A stretch of 64,000 bases of DNA from a virus. The DNA lies in the IMG/VR virus record IMGVR_UViG_3300042564_003728; one strand, given 5' to 3'. The stretch's first letter is position 1; each line of letters opens with the position of its first letter. A program made the translations under genes and the position numbers. Below are positions 46,565 through 55,954 of the stretch, piece by piece. Under the pieces are notes generated by a model that did no database searches, was not told the origin of the DNA, and saw only the letters and a list, made by a program, of their open reading frames with translations.

Positions 46565-47002
46565 TTATCTTTTTGTAAGTGCTTTTAACATCCAGGCATG
46601 TTTATCATGTGCATCTAGACGACCTTCTAGAAAATTCACTAAACCGAATTCGCCTGCAGACTCGGCTGTATTTCTTACTTGTTTTAATTTGTTTCTAAGT
46701 GTATCATTATCTATCTTTACTTGTGAAAGCATTTCTACAGCCGGAATAATCATATCATCACACTGAATAGTTGCAAGAACTAGATATCTTTTAAAAGATC
46801 CTGGAGCATACGCATTTAAACTGCGAATTTTTTCAGCAGTCTCGTCGACAGCACTGTCAATCTCTTCGTAAAGTTTTCCAAGAAACTTATGATACTGAGC
46901 AAAGTCAGGACCTTCAATATTCCAGTGGTAATACTGTGTCTTTAACCGAAACGCAAAGGTATCGGCTAGCAGTTCTTTCATCTGCTGAATGAGTTCTTCC
47001 AT
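46565..47002 (-). CDS. Dps-family ferritin-like protein
   Basis: KTQYYHWNIEGPDFAQYHKFLGKLYEEI matches the Dps helix-A/B ferroxidase block (HWNVTGPNF...HEKFEEQYEEL); 145 aa. Confidence 0.6.
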   Translation of the reverse strand: MEELIQQMKELLADTFAFRLKTQYYHWNIEGPDFAQYHKFLGKLYEEIDSAVDETAEKIRSLNAYAPGSFKRYLVLATIQCDDMIIPAVEMLSQVKIDNDTLRNKLKQVRNTAESAGEFGLVNFLEGRLDAHDKHAWMLKALTKR

Positions 47003-47295
47003 TAGTTACACTTCCATCTACGAAGCGACATCGCCTTGCGAGTCGGTCTACCTTTTTCATCTTTCATCGGACCTTTGACGCCACTCATACGAGCACAGAA
47101 AGACTTACGTCTACCTGCATCTTTGGATCCAGGCTTTACTTTACCAGTGACAGCTGTCTGAAGGTTGGATCCAGGATTCTTGGCACGATAAGCTTTTACA
47201 CCTTTCGCTGTCATACCTGCACCCTTCTCAGTGGCGATGAAGTGACCTTTCGAATCTTCGCCACGCTCAGTGATGAATTCCTTAAATCCGATCAT
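47002..47295 (-). CDS. small basic protein with T4 capsid-targeting-sequence-like N-terminus
   Basis: MIGFKEFITE-RGE resembles T4 internal-protein leaders (MKTYQEFIAE, cleaved after the Glu). Confidence 0.3.
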   Translation of the reverse strand: MIGFKEFITERGEDSKGHFIATEKGAGMTAKGVKAYRAKNPGSNLQTAVTGKVKPGSKDAGRRKSFCARMSGVKGPMKDEKGRPTRKAMSLRRWKCN

Positions 47296-49499
47296 TCTGC
47301 GTCCTTCTCGATATCAACTTCGCGACGAACTTTTCTCCAAGCCCATCCCTTAGGTGTGCGAACCTTTATCATACGAAAGTCTGATTTGGTTTCTTTCTCT
47401 TCGTCGAAAGTTGTATTAAACACTTCGTTGATATCTGCTTTTTCCTGTCCAGGAGTTTCTTTCTGATACTTCTTGACGAGTGATTTAGTACCAACTTCAC
47501 GATCTGCTGCAGTATCTTCTTTAAATCCAAATGCAGCATCTACTTTTTTGTGGCCATGCTTGTTACGCAGATAGTGCGATATTGCATGATCTTTTGTTTT
47601 AAATTCAGAAGTATCAACTACTTTGCTTTGTTGCTTAATAAGACCATGCAGAGTCTTAATATCGTGCTTCTTTAGTGAGTCGTATTCTTTCGCAATTGGA
47701 TGCTTTTCAGCGGCTTCATTAATTCCAGCGTGCTTATGTGCCGAGGCTTTGAAGTCCATGCCAAAGTACTTTACCTTGCCATGCTTGTTCGAGGCTTTCC
47801 AACCACGTTGCTGAGTGCTGCCTTTTTCTGTGAAAGGCTTGACGTATGGTTTATTGTTCGACTCGTCAATAATTTTCTTTTTAATTTCTTGATGGCGCTT
47901 GGCTGCACCTTTATTAAAAGCGCCTCTATCAACAAATTCATGTGATTTTCTATCTAGTTTAGTAGACACTGCGACAGATTGCACAGAAGTATCCTTCTTG
48001 TTTACAGATGGATTTGTTTCGACTGCTTCAGATGCCGATCTAAAGCCTGCGTCAGTCGGTGCACCTTTCGATCCAGGCTTACGCATACGTTCGCCAGATC
48101 CAGCTTTAATTCTCTTGCGCTTGGCATGAATGTTAGCCCATAGGCTTTCATTGATATCAGATTCACGAAGATCCTTATCAGCACCGTGATAAGTGCCTTT
48201 GCCCTTTGTGATGTAAGAGTTTACGCGAGCCATGCCCCACTGTTGTGGTGTAGTTCCTGGACGGTGGCCGCTGTTCCAAGCAGCAACACCGCGAGCATAC
48301 ACTTTCTTCAGAGTGGATAAGGAAACACCTGACTTCTTTGCCTTGGCAGCAAGACCGTCAGCAGCTTCGTTGACCATCTGTTCAATCTCTTCTCCGTACA
48401 TCGCTTTATATTTCTTTGTGTGTACAGATTGTGGCATATCTTTCTTACGAGCTGCCTTGTCACCAGGTGCATCTTGATATGCACGCGGATCTCGATCAGA
48501 ATACTTTTCCATCTTCTTCCAGTGAGATTCGCGTGCCTTGGCAGTCGAAGCGCTGAGTCCAGTATGATATGCCTCGAAAACATTATCGAGCTTATCGTTG
48601 ACTTCTTTCTCTTCACGAAGATCTGCATCGAGTGTCCAAGCTCTGCCCTTGGCAATATAGCTGTTCACTCTTGAGAAAGAGAATTGTTCTTGCGTTGTTC
48701 TGCCGTCATCTTCCCACGCAAAAGAACCGCGCTCGAACACCTCTCTGAGGGTCGAGAACGGTATGCCGGTTCTTTCGGATTTTTTCATGAGGGTTGACGT
48801 TGCTACGTCTTCTGGAAGAACTGCGCTTAGGAGTCTCTTCAGCGTGATACCCATCGAGTTATTATTCTCGTTGAGGGCATCGATAGAGTCGTTGATAATG
48901 TCGACGAGTTGCATAGAAGTCTTATTATCAAGACTCTCTACGATTGTATTGAATTCTTCGTTGACTGGGGCAGCAGTCGCATGTTGTATTTTTGATCCCG
49001 ATTGGAATGAAGCGAGACGATTGACTTCTGCTTTACGAAGAGCAGGTAGAAGGCGAGCAGCTAATCTTCTGATCAGCTTGACCTTCTTATCGACTACCTT
49101 ATCTACTTGAATTTTTTCAGATGTGGTGAGCTCAGTATAAGGAGTACCTCTACGAGATGCAAACCGCATCTTGACAATATTTCTTGCTTTGACAATTGCT
49201 CGAGCCTTCAGCTTTTCGTCTGAGGCGAGTTTGTGTTGAGCAACTTCTTTGGCTCTCTGCATCTTCGGTTCTTTGGCTCTCAAGATGCGAGCTCTGCGTT
49301 GGCGCTGAACGAGTGTCAGTGCTTTCTTCTCAGCTAAAGTGTCAGTTAGGACTACGGTATCCTCGTTGTGCTGGCGATTGCCGAGACCTTTGAGCTGAGG
49401 ACGGATCTCGATACCATCAAGTGGTTTGCCAGTTACAGACGTTCCGGTTGGCTTTTTTAACTGTTTTGTGTCGACCGGTTTATTCTTCTTATCTTCCAT
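47292..49499 (-). CDS. Lys-rich 735-aa protein with duplicated xxxGxxAWxxx...ARVNSYIxKG modules
   Basis: FERGSFAWEDDGRTTQEQFSFSRVNSYIAKGRAWTLDADLRE and YARGVAAWNSGHRPGTTPQQWGMARVNSYITKGKGTYHGADKDLRE are internal duplicates; a TATAAATA late promoter lies 60 nt upstream (49561-49568). Confidence 0.4.
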   Translation of the reverse strand: MEDKKNKPVDTKQLKKPTGTSVTGKPLDGIEIRPQLKGLGNRQHNEDTVVLTDTLAEKKALTLVQRQRRARILRAKEPKMQRAKEVAQHKLASDEKLKARAIVKARNIVKMRFASRRGTPYTELTTSEKIQVDKVVDKKVKLIRRLAARLLPALRKAEVNRLASFQSGSKIQHATAAPVNEEFNTIVESLDNKTSMQLVDIINDSIDALNENNNSMGITLKRLLSAVLPEDVATSTLMKKSERTGIPFSTLREVFERGSFAWEDDGRTTQEQFSFSRVNSYIAKGRAWTLDADLREEKEVNDKLDNVFEAYHTGLSASTAKARESHWKKMEKYSDRDPRAYQDAPGDKAARKKDMPQSVHTKKYKAMYGEEIEQMVNEAADGLAAKAKKSGVSLSTLKKVYARGVAAWNSGHRPGTTPQQWGMARVNSYITKGKGTYHGADKDLRESDINESLWANIHAKRKRIKAGSGERMRKPGSKGAPTDAGFRSASEAVETNPSVNKKDTSVQSVAVSTKLDRKSHEFVDRGAFNKGAAKRHQEIKKKIIDESNNKPYVKPFTEKGSTQQRGWKASNKHGKVKYFGMDFKASAHKHAGINEAAEKHPIAKEYDSLKKHDIKTLHGLIKQQSKVVDTSEFKTKDHAISHYLRNKHGHKKVDAAFGFKEDTAADREVGTKSLVKKYQKETPGQEKADINEVFNTTFDEEKETKSDFRMIKVRTPKGWAWRKVRREVDIEKDAE

Positions 49500-49560
49500 C
49501 AGAGTTTCCCTTGGGCTTATCTGTTAAACAAACGGGATTGCCGTAGCCTAACCGCAAATC

Positions 49561-49568
49561 TATTTATA
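49561..49568 (-). promoter_or_regulatory. T4-type late promoter TATAAATA upstream of the Lys-rich protein operon
   Basis: Plus strand tatttata; downstream on the minus strand, RBS AAGGGAAACTCTG then ATG at 49499. Confidence 0.4.
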
Positions 49569-49587
49569 ACAAGGAAACTTTAACGGA

Positions 49588-50199
49588 TCAACTAATCCAG
49601 TTTTTAAATCTGACAATGAATGATTCGTTCACACCCATGCCTTTGCGGACATCGTGATACAACTCGTCTTTATGTGCTTTGCTCATACCAGATGGAGCCA
49701 TCTTATGGAATGATTCTTTATCTCCAGCGGTGACGTGCTTACGCATAGCAGTACCAGAAGCAGATTCAATTCCACCTCCACCTTCTTTGCGTTCGCCACC
49801 GACAGACTTTACTTTGATGCTCTTGAAGTTGTAATGGCCATGTTTATTCTCTGTGCCATTATACTGATGCAAAAGCTTATGAAATTCGTGTACACGATCA
49901 GAACCGACATGCATAGTCACATGTGTGTAACCAGCCTTATGCAGCTTTGACATCTGATGGAGCAGAGTCGGATGTTCCTTCGTCATCGCCTCGACGTGCG
50001 AACCTTTGACAGCACGAGAAAGATGCTTCACCTTCTGCTCAGGTGTTAAAGGATTCTTCTTGGCATCATGAGATCCTGTTGTCAGGATCTTATGATCGGC
50101 TCCTTCTTTCTTGGCCGCATCCATCACATGCTTGACGACCATTTCGTGGCCTGCATGCACAGGATTGAATCGTCCTTGTGTGATATGAATGGATTTCAT
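49588..50199 (-). CDS. HIGH-motif nucleotidyltransferase, NMN adenylyltransferase-like
   Basis: GRFNPVHAGH matches the archaeal-type NMNAT/NadM GRFQPFHKGH; the second motif ASGTAMRKHV matches ISGTxIR; the remainder is His/Lys-rich. Confidence 0.5.
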   Translation of the reverse strand: MKSIHITQGRFNPVHAGHEMVVKHVMDAAKKEGADHKILTTGSHDAKKNPLTPEQKVKHLSRAVKGSHVEAMTKEHPTLLHQMSKLHKAGYTHVTMHVGSDRVHEFHKLLHQYNGTENKHGHYNFKSIKVKSVGGERKEGGGGIESASGTAMRKHVTAGDKESFHKMAPSGMSKAHKDELYHDVRKGMGVNESFIVRFKNWIS

Positions 50200-51365
50200 T
50201 GAGCTTTAACCTTATTGAAATTGGCAGCCGAGAATTCAGCACGATCTACGATCTTAGTAGGACGGTTATGTCTAACTACTACGAATCCTTCAGGCTTCGA
50301 CTTCTTGCCATTGATACTATGATCAAACTCGGCACTACTCGAAAGAGTCTTAGCCAACACATCCTTTGCTTTTTGCAGGTGCTTATGCTGGTTCAGAACG
50401 TTTTCGAAGTGAGCACGATTACGTTGAATGTGACCGATATCTGCTTCCATCGCAGCAGTCTTAGCTGCCTTCGATGCTGCCATCTTCACACCTTCAATCT
50501 TCTTCTGATGTGCCTTCATGTAGTGGTTCATGAAACCTTCTACGTTAGGCTTCGTACCAGTACGAACGGTATGATTGATGTAAGTCTTCAGAGGAAGTTC
50601 GTGACCTTTGATGGACTCATAGGTTTCAGGCTTTGCTTTTTTGTTATGGGCTGCAGCCGCAGTCATAGCCTTTGCAAAGCTTTCGCGATTCTGAGGAGTG
50701 TACTTAATGTTATCGAGATGATGTTCCGTTGAAATCAGATGCACGTCTTTGTGCAATCCAAAGTCATTCAGCTGAGCACCATGCTCGGCTTGCATATCCT
50801 CGAGGTTCTTACCATTATACTTAGTATGAATGGCTACACCAATCTTCGAGTTAAGAGCAGCCTTACCATGTGCCGAATTTTTTGGAGCAGAGTAAGTGAT
50901 GGTGTTAGGTGTAAAGTGTACACGACCATCAGACTCATGCACATCATCAGAAGTATGCATGATATCTCCTTGGAAAACACCTTTCTTTGGTGTCACCTTT
51001 GGCAGATGTTGTAATGCAGCTCGCAGCTTCGACACGAGGCCAGGAGCATGTCCATGGTTACGCTCAATATCTTCTGGAGTATAATTGATCTTTGGATTCT
51101 TATTGAAGGCAGACTTCGATGCTACGAAGAATCGACCAGTTTGAGGATGACGACCGAATACCACAGAAGGAGAACCATCATACTTCATGGTGATTCTTGT
51201 ATCGTTCTTCTTGCCTGTCAGTCTGTCATGCACATCTTTGAGATTGTGATAGGCATGAGAAAAGCCTTCATGCCCAGCATTAATCACGTGATCTTCGGCA
51301 TGCTCAAGATGCTTCAGCTTAGTTTCGTCAAGCTCTTCTGCAAGGAAATTTCTAAAACTTGTCAT
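50196..51365 (-). CDS. ATP-dependent polynucleotide (RNA/DNA) ligase-family protein
   Basis: Motif I ITMKYDGSPSVVF (KxDG) and motif IV-like PEGFVVVRHN; the N-terminus MTSFRNFLAEE is capsid-targeting-sequence-like. Confidence 0.4.
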   Translation of the reverse strand: MTSFRNFLAEELDETKLKHLEHAEDHVINAGHEGFSHAYHNLKDVHDRLTGKKNDTRITMKYDGSPSVVFGRHPQTGRFFVASKSAFNKNPKINYTPEDIERNHGHAPGLVSKLRAALQHLPKVTPKKGVFQGDIMHTSDDVHESDGRVHFTPNTITYSAPKNSAHGKAALNSKIGVAIHTKYNGKNLEDMQAEHGAQLNDFGLHKDVHLISTEHHLDNIKYTPQNRESFAKAMTAAAAHNKKAKPETYESIKGHELPLKTYINHTVRTGTKPNVEGFMNHYMKAHQKKIEGVKMAASKAAKTAAMEADIGHIQRNRAHFENVLNQHKHLQKAKDVLAKTLSSSAEFDHSINGKKSKPEGFVVVRHNRPTKIVDRAEFSAANFNKVKAQ

Positions 51366-51967
51366 CGTACTGTTTTTACCGATCCATCAGGATTTACAAA
51401 GAAGGCTTCGAACGTAATATCAGGAAACTCTTTCTTCAATGAAAGAAATGCCTGAAGATTGCTAGGAGCATCATCAAACAACCGAAGCTTTACGTAGTTC
51501 TTAGTATTTATATACTTTCGAAAGATGATCTTCTTGGCTTCAGCCGAAGAGTCGATCTTCAAGTTACCAGCTCGTTCGACATGGATATTATCGATAGGTA
51601 GACCATGATCTCTGAACGTCTGAAGGAAGATATCCTTGTTATCGAAGTCAGCTCGCGCTGTACAGATAATCACTCGACTATGAGGATTCTTTTTCGAGTT
51701 AGCAAAGATAGCTTTTGTTTTTGCAACCATACGAGTGATTGGCTTGGATGACCTACGAAATACCTCGGCGTTTGCAAACTCTCCGAAGTCGTAGGTTTCA
51801 CCCTTCTTACGTTTGTAAGTGTTGAACTCTTGGTTGTCTAGCATTCTGACAAGGTTGCCGTCTTTTACAACGGCAACCTTTGCATACGTGTGAAACAATG
51901 TCTCATCAATATCGAATATCGTGAGGGTACCAGTACCAACAAACTCTTTAAATCTTTTCTTTATCAT
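51362..51967 (-). CDS. HAD-family phosphatase (polynucleotide 3'-phosphatase-like)
   Basis: IFDIDETLF DxDxT motif, ICTAR and FDD blocks comparable with the T4 Pnk phosphatase domain; a promoter-like motif lies 30 nt upstream. Confidence 0.45.
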   Translation of the reverse strand: MIKKRFKEFVGTGTLTIFDIDETLFHTYAKVAVVKDGNLVRMLDNQEFNTYKRKKGETYDFGEFANAEVFRRSSKPITRMVAKTKAIFANSKKNPHSRVIICTARADFDNKDIFLQTFRDHGLPIDNIHVERAGNLKIDSSAEAKKIIFRKYINTKNYVKLRLFDDAPSNLQAFLSLKKEFPDITFEAFFVNPDGSVKTVR

Positions 51968-51993
51968 AGTTTACTCTACAATAGTTTCGATAA

Positions 51994-52010
51994 AATGTAC
52001 ATGTTTATTT
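51994..52010 (-). promoter_or_regulatory. promoter-like motif copy
   Basis: Minus strand AAAATAAACATGTACATTTTATCGAAACTATTG-TAGAGT. Confidence 0.3.
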
Positions 52011-52727
52011 TTATAATTTTACGTTTGGTTTGAGCACACCGCTCGTCAAACGATCGAGCATGATATCGCTCTTCTTAACCTTCTTGATGGCCATAACCTT
52101 ACCAATATCTCGAGTAGAGTTTTTGATAAAGATGATCTGGTGGTTCTTGAAGTAGTTGTCATATGCACGCTGTGCAAAGTCTTCTTCGATACGCTTCAGC
52201 TCGTTAGGATATTTCCTACGAATGGCATCGAGAGCTGACTTGTTGACACCTTCACCACTAGCACCAACTTTCTTTTTCAGATCTAATAGATCCTTTACGA
52301 TATCACTCAGATTGAATGTACCGCCGAGTTTAAAGTTTGTAGCATAGCCATTGGCAGTAACATCGACAGCCTTCACTTCGAATTCTCCGTTACTCGCTAT
52401 TACGTCAACGCCGGCGGACGACCCACCACCGAGATGAGCCGAGTTGACTAGAAAGTAAAGAGTGACTTCACCAGGACCTACGCCCTTGAGATTGTAGTTG
52501 TGCATCTTCGACAGCATTACCGGATCTTCGCTGCGAAGCTTGTCAATCAGTCTATTGATCTTATTCATATCGATCGAATCAATCGTATCCTTTAGATCAA
52601 ACTTGGGGAAGAAATGCATATTAAAGATATGCTGAATTTCTTTTTTGAAACGTGTGTCTTTAAAATCTGATGAAGACAGATTGAATGACGTAACGTGCAA
52701 AGCCCGTTTGATAAAGTTTTTATCCAT
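52011..52727 (-). CDS. hypothetical protein with PD-(D/E)xK-like motif
   Basis: GVDVIASNGEFEVKAV fits D-x(n)-E-x-K; 238 aa. Confidence 0.3.
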   Translation of the reverse strand: MDKNFIKRALHVTSFNLSSSDFKDTRFKKEIQHIFNMHFFPKFDLKDTIDSIDMNKINRLIDKLRSEDPVMLSKMHNYNLKGVGPGEVTLYFLVNSAHLGGGSSAGVDVIASNGEFEVKAVDVTANGYATNFKLGGTFNLSDIVKDLLDLKKKVGASGEGVNKSALDAIRRKYPNELKRIEEDFAQRAYDNYFKNHQIIFIKNSTRDIGKVMAIKKVKKSDIMLDRLTSGVLKPNVKL

Positions 52728-52809
52728 AATTTATTCCTTATTCCTTTGTTTATTTATCAACAAGCAAAATTATCTTTGCTCGTATTGTCACGCTACAACG
52801 AAATGCAAT

Positions 52810-52826
52810 AATTGTACATGCTAAAA
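52810..52826 (-). promoter_or_regulatory. promoter-like motif variant (TTTAGCATGTACAATT)
   Basis: GCTTA-type variant of the motif, as at 19996 and 57219. Confidence 0.25.
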
Positions 52827-52885
52827 ACAAAAAAAATCGCTCCGAGTATCTCTACTGGAGCGATTTGTTAGAAATATTTATGGTG

Positions 52886-53449
52886 TTAGGCTGCGACAGC
52901 AAACCATTCTGGAATTGGACGTTTGGTCCATGCCATCTTAAATCGCTCTTGCTTCGTCTGATAGAACTTACGATAAGATCCTACGATATCATTGTAGTCG
53001 ATACACTCAGGATTAGCCTTCATCGCCAACGGCTGAGGAGTCTTGTAACCGACTGGAATATTACGAGGCAATTGCTTCAAAGCTTCGCGAAGCAATGTAT
53101 CAGTGCTATGAACCTTGCCATAGCGATACGTGTACTCGTCGCAGAGAGCAGCGAAGTGTATCCAGTGCCAAGTGTAGTTATTATTACTTTGTGCAGTCCA
53201 AATCGTGCAAGGATGATGCATATGCACTGCACGATAGAATGTATCTTCACGTTCGTCAGGCAGAGTCCATGCCTTCGACATCGTCTTACCAGACTTTGAA
53301 GGAATACGGCACTGCTCGCCGTCAAGCATACGATGCACTGTAGAAAGCATCTGAGCACTCTCGACGATCATCTTCACGACATGCTTGTCACACTGTAATT
53401 GTGCTGCTTTGACAGGATCACTGTCAAGAATGAATAAATTCACGGCCAC
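52886..53449 (-). CDS. hypothetical protein (conserved-looking N-terminus MAVNLFILDSDPVKAAQLQCDKHVVKM)
   Basis: 187 aa, Trp/His-rich; no assignable motif. Confidence 0.3.
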   Translation of the reverse strand: MAVNLFILDSDPVKAAQLQCDKHVVKMIVESAQMLSTVHRMLDGEQCRIPSKSGKTMSKAWTLPDEREDTFYRAVHMHHPCTIWTAQSNNNYTWHWIHFAALCDEYTYRYGKVHSTDTLLREALKQLPRNIPVGYKTPQPLAMKANPECIDYNDIVGSYRKFYQTKQERFKMAWTKRPIPEWFAVAA

Positions 53450-53555
53450 ATTTCCTTATCGTTTAACATTTCATCGCGTTCCTCTGGAGTAATCTTATTG
53501 GTAAGGATACCATACACTGTAACTCCAATAATGAACACTATAAAAACGAAAAGAT

Positions 53556-53972
53556 TCATATTCCAGCTTTCTTTACAAGATCTTTATATCCACGCCACGA
53601 TGGATGGATATCATCAGGTTGAACATACGATGTAGCAATGATACGATCTCCGTAACTTACAGCGATGCTTTTCACTACGGCATTCACCTTAGGTTTACAA
53701 AAACCTTTGTTACAAGGAGGCATAATCCATACTACATTTCCTACCTTAATACGAGTTCTAATTATTGTCAACTCTTTTTTTGTATTCACGCCGGAATGAT
53801 CGTTTGTTCCAAGACTAATCACGATTGTCTTGGCTTCAAGCGGAGTCTTACCCCACTTCTTATTCCACTGCCATGTGTTATATCCGCCCTTCGAATATGA
53901 TACACATTCTTTCGGAGCAAACATTTTAGTACCAACGGCGATCGAGTCGCCCATAATTAAACATTCTAACAT
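53556..53972 (-). CDS. SGNH/GDSL-family hydrolase
   Basis: Block I IMGDSIAVG, block III SLGTNDH, block V DDIHPS. Confidence 0.55.
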   Translation of the reverse strand: MLECLIMGDSIAVGTKMFAPKECVSYSKGGYNTWQWNKKWGKTPLEAKTIVISLGTNDHSGVNTKKELTIIRTRIKVGNVVWIMPPCNKGFCKPKVNAVVKSIAVSYGDRIIATSYVQPDDIHPSWRGYKDLVKKAGI

Positions 53973-54235
53973 TATACTTGTATCCCTGTTACTTGTTTCA
54001 GATATTGTGTAGCAACCTGTGCACTCGTTTCAGTAGCACCGACGATCACAGTGTCAGAGATAACGACGTTGTTATCAGGAGCTGACATCATCCATGGCAT
54101 CATCGCAAATCCTTGTGGTCCCATACCAACTGTACGAGGCTTAATGAGCTCGGTGACTCCGTCTTCTTGCTTGACACGAGAGATCAACTCTTCGCCCGAC
54201 ATGAGCTTAATTGTATATACTTTATTCTGTTCCAT
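53972..54235 (-). CDS. hypothetical small protein
   Basis: 87 aa. Confidence 0.2.
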   Translation of the reverse strand: MEQNKVYTIKLMSGEELISRVKQEDGVTELIKPRTVGMGPQGFAMMPWMMSAPDNNVVISDTVIVGATETSAQVATQYLKQVTGIQV

Positions 54236-54608
54236 TATTTTCTACCTCATAACGAATATTTGTGCCTTTCCAGACTTTGATACCAAGCCCATCGTATTCC
54301 CAGTCACGTAGATCAGGATCAAGTTCTTTCATATCTGGTTTCGGAGTATCATAGACCACTTCGTGCACATACTTAAACTTTTGTTCGTCTGACCATTCAC
54401 GAAGATAATCATTGTCCTCGTCAAATACACGAAGATACTCTGCATCATCGATTACGCGAGCAGAAGTGACTAACTCGTCGATATGCATCTGAGAAAACTC
54501 TTCCGCCTCATTCATCGTGACTGTGTCTTTTGCATGTTCAGCACTCTCACAATCGACAACATATCGAATCCGATGCATCGAGATTGTTTCTACAAGATAC
54601 TTAGGCAT
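54222..54608 (-). CDS. hypothetical acidic protein
   Basis: 128 aa. Confidence 0.2.
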   Translation of the reverse strand: MPKYLVETISMHRIRYVVDCESAEHAKDTVTMNEAEEFSQMHIDELVTSARVIDDAEYLRVFDEDNDYLREWSDEQKFKYVHEVVYDTPKPDMKELDPDLRDWEYDGLGIKVWKGTNIRYEVENNGTE

Positions 54609-54906
54609 CGTCTTTCAATCCCATTTCTATCAACTGATCAGGAGTTGAGTACCATTTTAGCACAATCTCAAGCGCGTCGATATGTTTTTGGATCTCTATA
54701 TCATCAGCTTCCTGATCATCCCATACAAAGATGTGATGATTTGCTCCAAGATCTCGACGCAAAGTATCCCATGTATCACGAAGTTGGTCAACAACAATCT
54801 TATCAGCCATTTCATAAGTTAAATCAATCGTATACTTACTCATTTCACTTTTCCTTTTCAACAATAATTGAACAACATTTACCACCAAACCCAAACGAGT
54901 TGACAA
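54601..54906 (-). CDS. hypothetical protein
   Basis: 101-codon ORF; the likely start is the internal MSKYTIDL. Confidence 0.2.
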   Translation of the reverse strand: MSTRLGLVVNVVQLLLKRKSEMSKYTIDLTYEMADKIVVDQLRDTWDTLRRDLGANHHIFVWDDQEADDIEIQKHIDALEIVLKWYSTPDQLIEMGLKDDA

Positions 54907-55954
54907 GAACTTTCTTGACGTCAGTCTCGATGTTCTCCATCACCACATCCATATCAGTGTCTTTGCAACCAGCGGTATGAGGAATCACACCGTTCTGAAT
55001 AGACAGTACACTGTAAATCGTTTCAAGTACACCTGCTGCAGCGAAAGTATGTCCAATTTTTCCTTTATTGGAATATATCGGCGCATCGGTAAACTCGCGA
55101 ACCACATTGTATTCTGAAATATCTCCAAGCGGTGTACTCGTGCCATGCGAGTTGATGCTATCAACACCTTCAAGATTCAGTTTTTCAAGGCATGCTCTTG
55201 CTCCTGTGCCAGAAGGAGAAGTTGGATCGAGTGCATCAGAAGCGTTTGCGACTCCAGTAATACGAGCATAAATCTTCGAACCCATCTCTTCAGCTTTCTT
55301 ACGAGACTGAAGAATGATGCAACCTGCGCCTTCTCCCATAATAAAACCATCACGATTTTTATCGAACGGCATTGACTTCGTACCGATAGCTCGCATTGCA
55401 GAGAAAAAGCCTAAGTCAAGATCATTTACTCCTGCATCAGAACCTCCTACAATTACATAGTCATATTCATCAAGAAAACGCATGGCATAATCGATGCTTA
55501 CGAGACCGGTAGCACAAGCAGAATACACACACGTGTTGATACCGCGATAGCCATACTTAATAGAGATATTACTACACAAATAGTCGATAGTAATCTTAAG
55601 CCCTTGCTTCGGCTTCAGCGGCTTTCCAGATGCCCGCGCGCGGGCCTTCGAAGTATTTCCACCAGTCAAAGTCGAAAAAACTACACCAACATTAGAAGAG
55701 TGCGGAAGTCCTGCCATATGAAGAGCTTGTTCGACAGCATGCATGCCATAGTGCACAGTACGATTAGTAAAATTTTCGTCTATTTCTATTTCAGGATACA
55801 TTCCATATTTAACTTTATTGCCGTATCCTTCGTGGATGTGTGGATCAACAAGTTTATGGAAGTCTCGATCATTAAGCATATTCTCCCAACAATCGATGGG
55901 ATTATCGCCTAAGGCGTCGATCATTCCAAAGCCGACGATACATGCTTCCTTCAT
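54845..55954 (-). CDS. beta-ketoacyl-ACP synthase (KAS I/II, FabF/FabB-like)
   Basis: Catalytic triad context: YSACATGLVSID (Cys), NSHGTSTPLGD (His), KGKIGHTFAAAG (His); C-terminal NSFGFGG; 369 aa. Confidence 0.8.
   Translation of the reverse strand: MKEACIVGFGMIDALGDNPIDCWENMLNDRDFHKLVDPHIHEGYGNKVKYGMYPEIEIDENFTNRTVHYGMHAVEQALHMAGLPHSSNVGVVFSTLTGGNTSKARARASGKPLKPKQGLKITIDYLCSNISIKYGYRGINTCVYSACATGLVSIDYAMRFLDEYDYVIVGGSDAGVNDLDLGFFSAMRAIGTKSMPFDKNRDGFIMGEGAGCIILQSRKKAEEMGSKIYARITGVANASDALDPTSPSGTGARACLEKLNLEGVDSINSHGTSTPLGDISEYNVVREFTDAPIYSNKGKIGHTFAAAGVLETIYSVLSIQNGVIPHTAGCKDTDMDVVMENIETDVKKVLVNSFGFGGKCCSIIVEKEK

Noticed and set aside
52011-52727. Polynucleotide kinase (the missing Pnk kinase half) next to the HAD phosphatase
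   Set aside because: No Walker A/P-loop anywhere in the 238-aa protein. The only motif is a PD-(D/E)xK-like D...ExK, so a kinase call is not supported.
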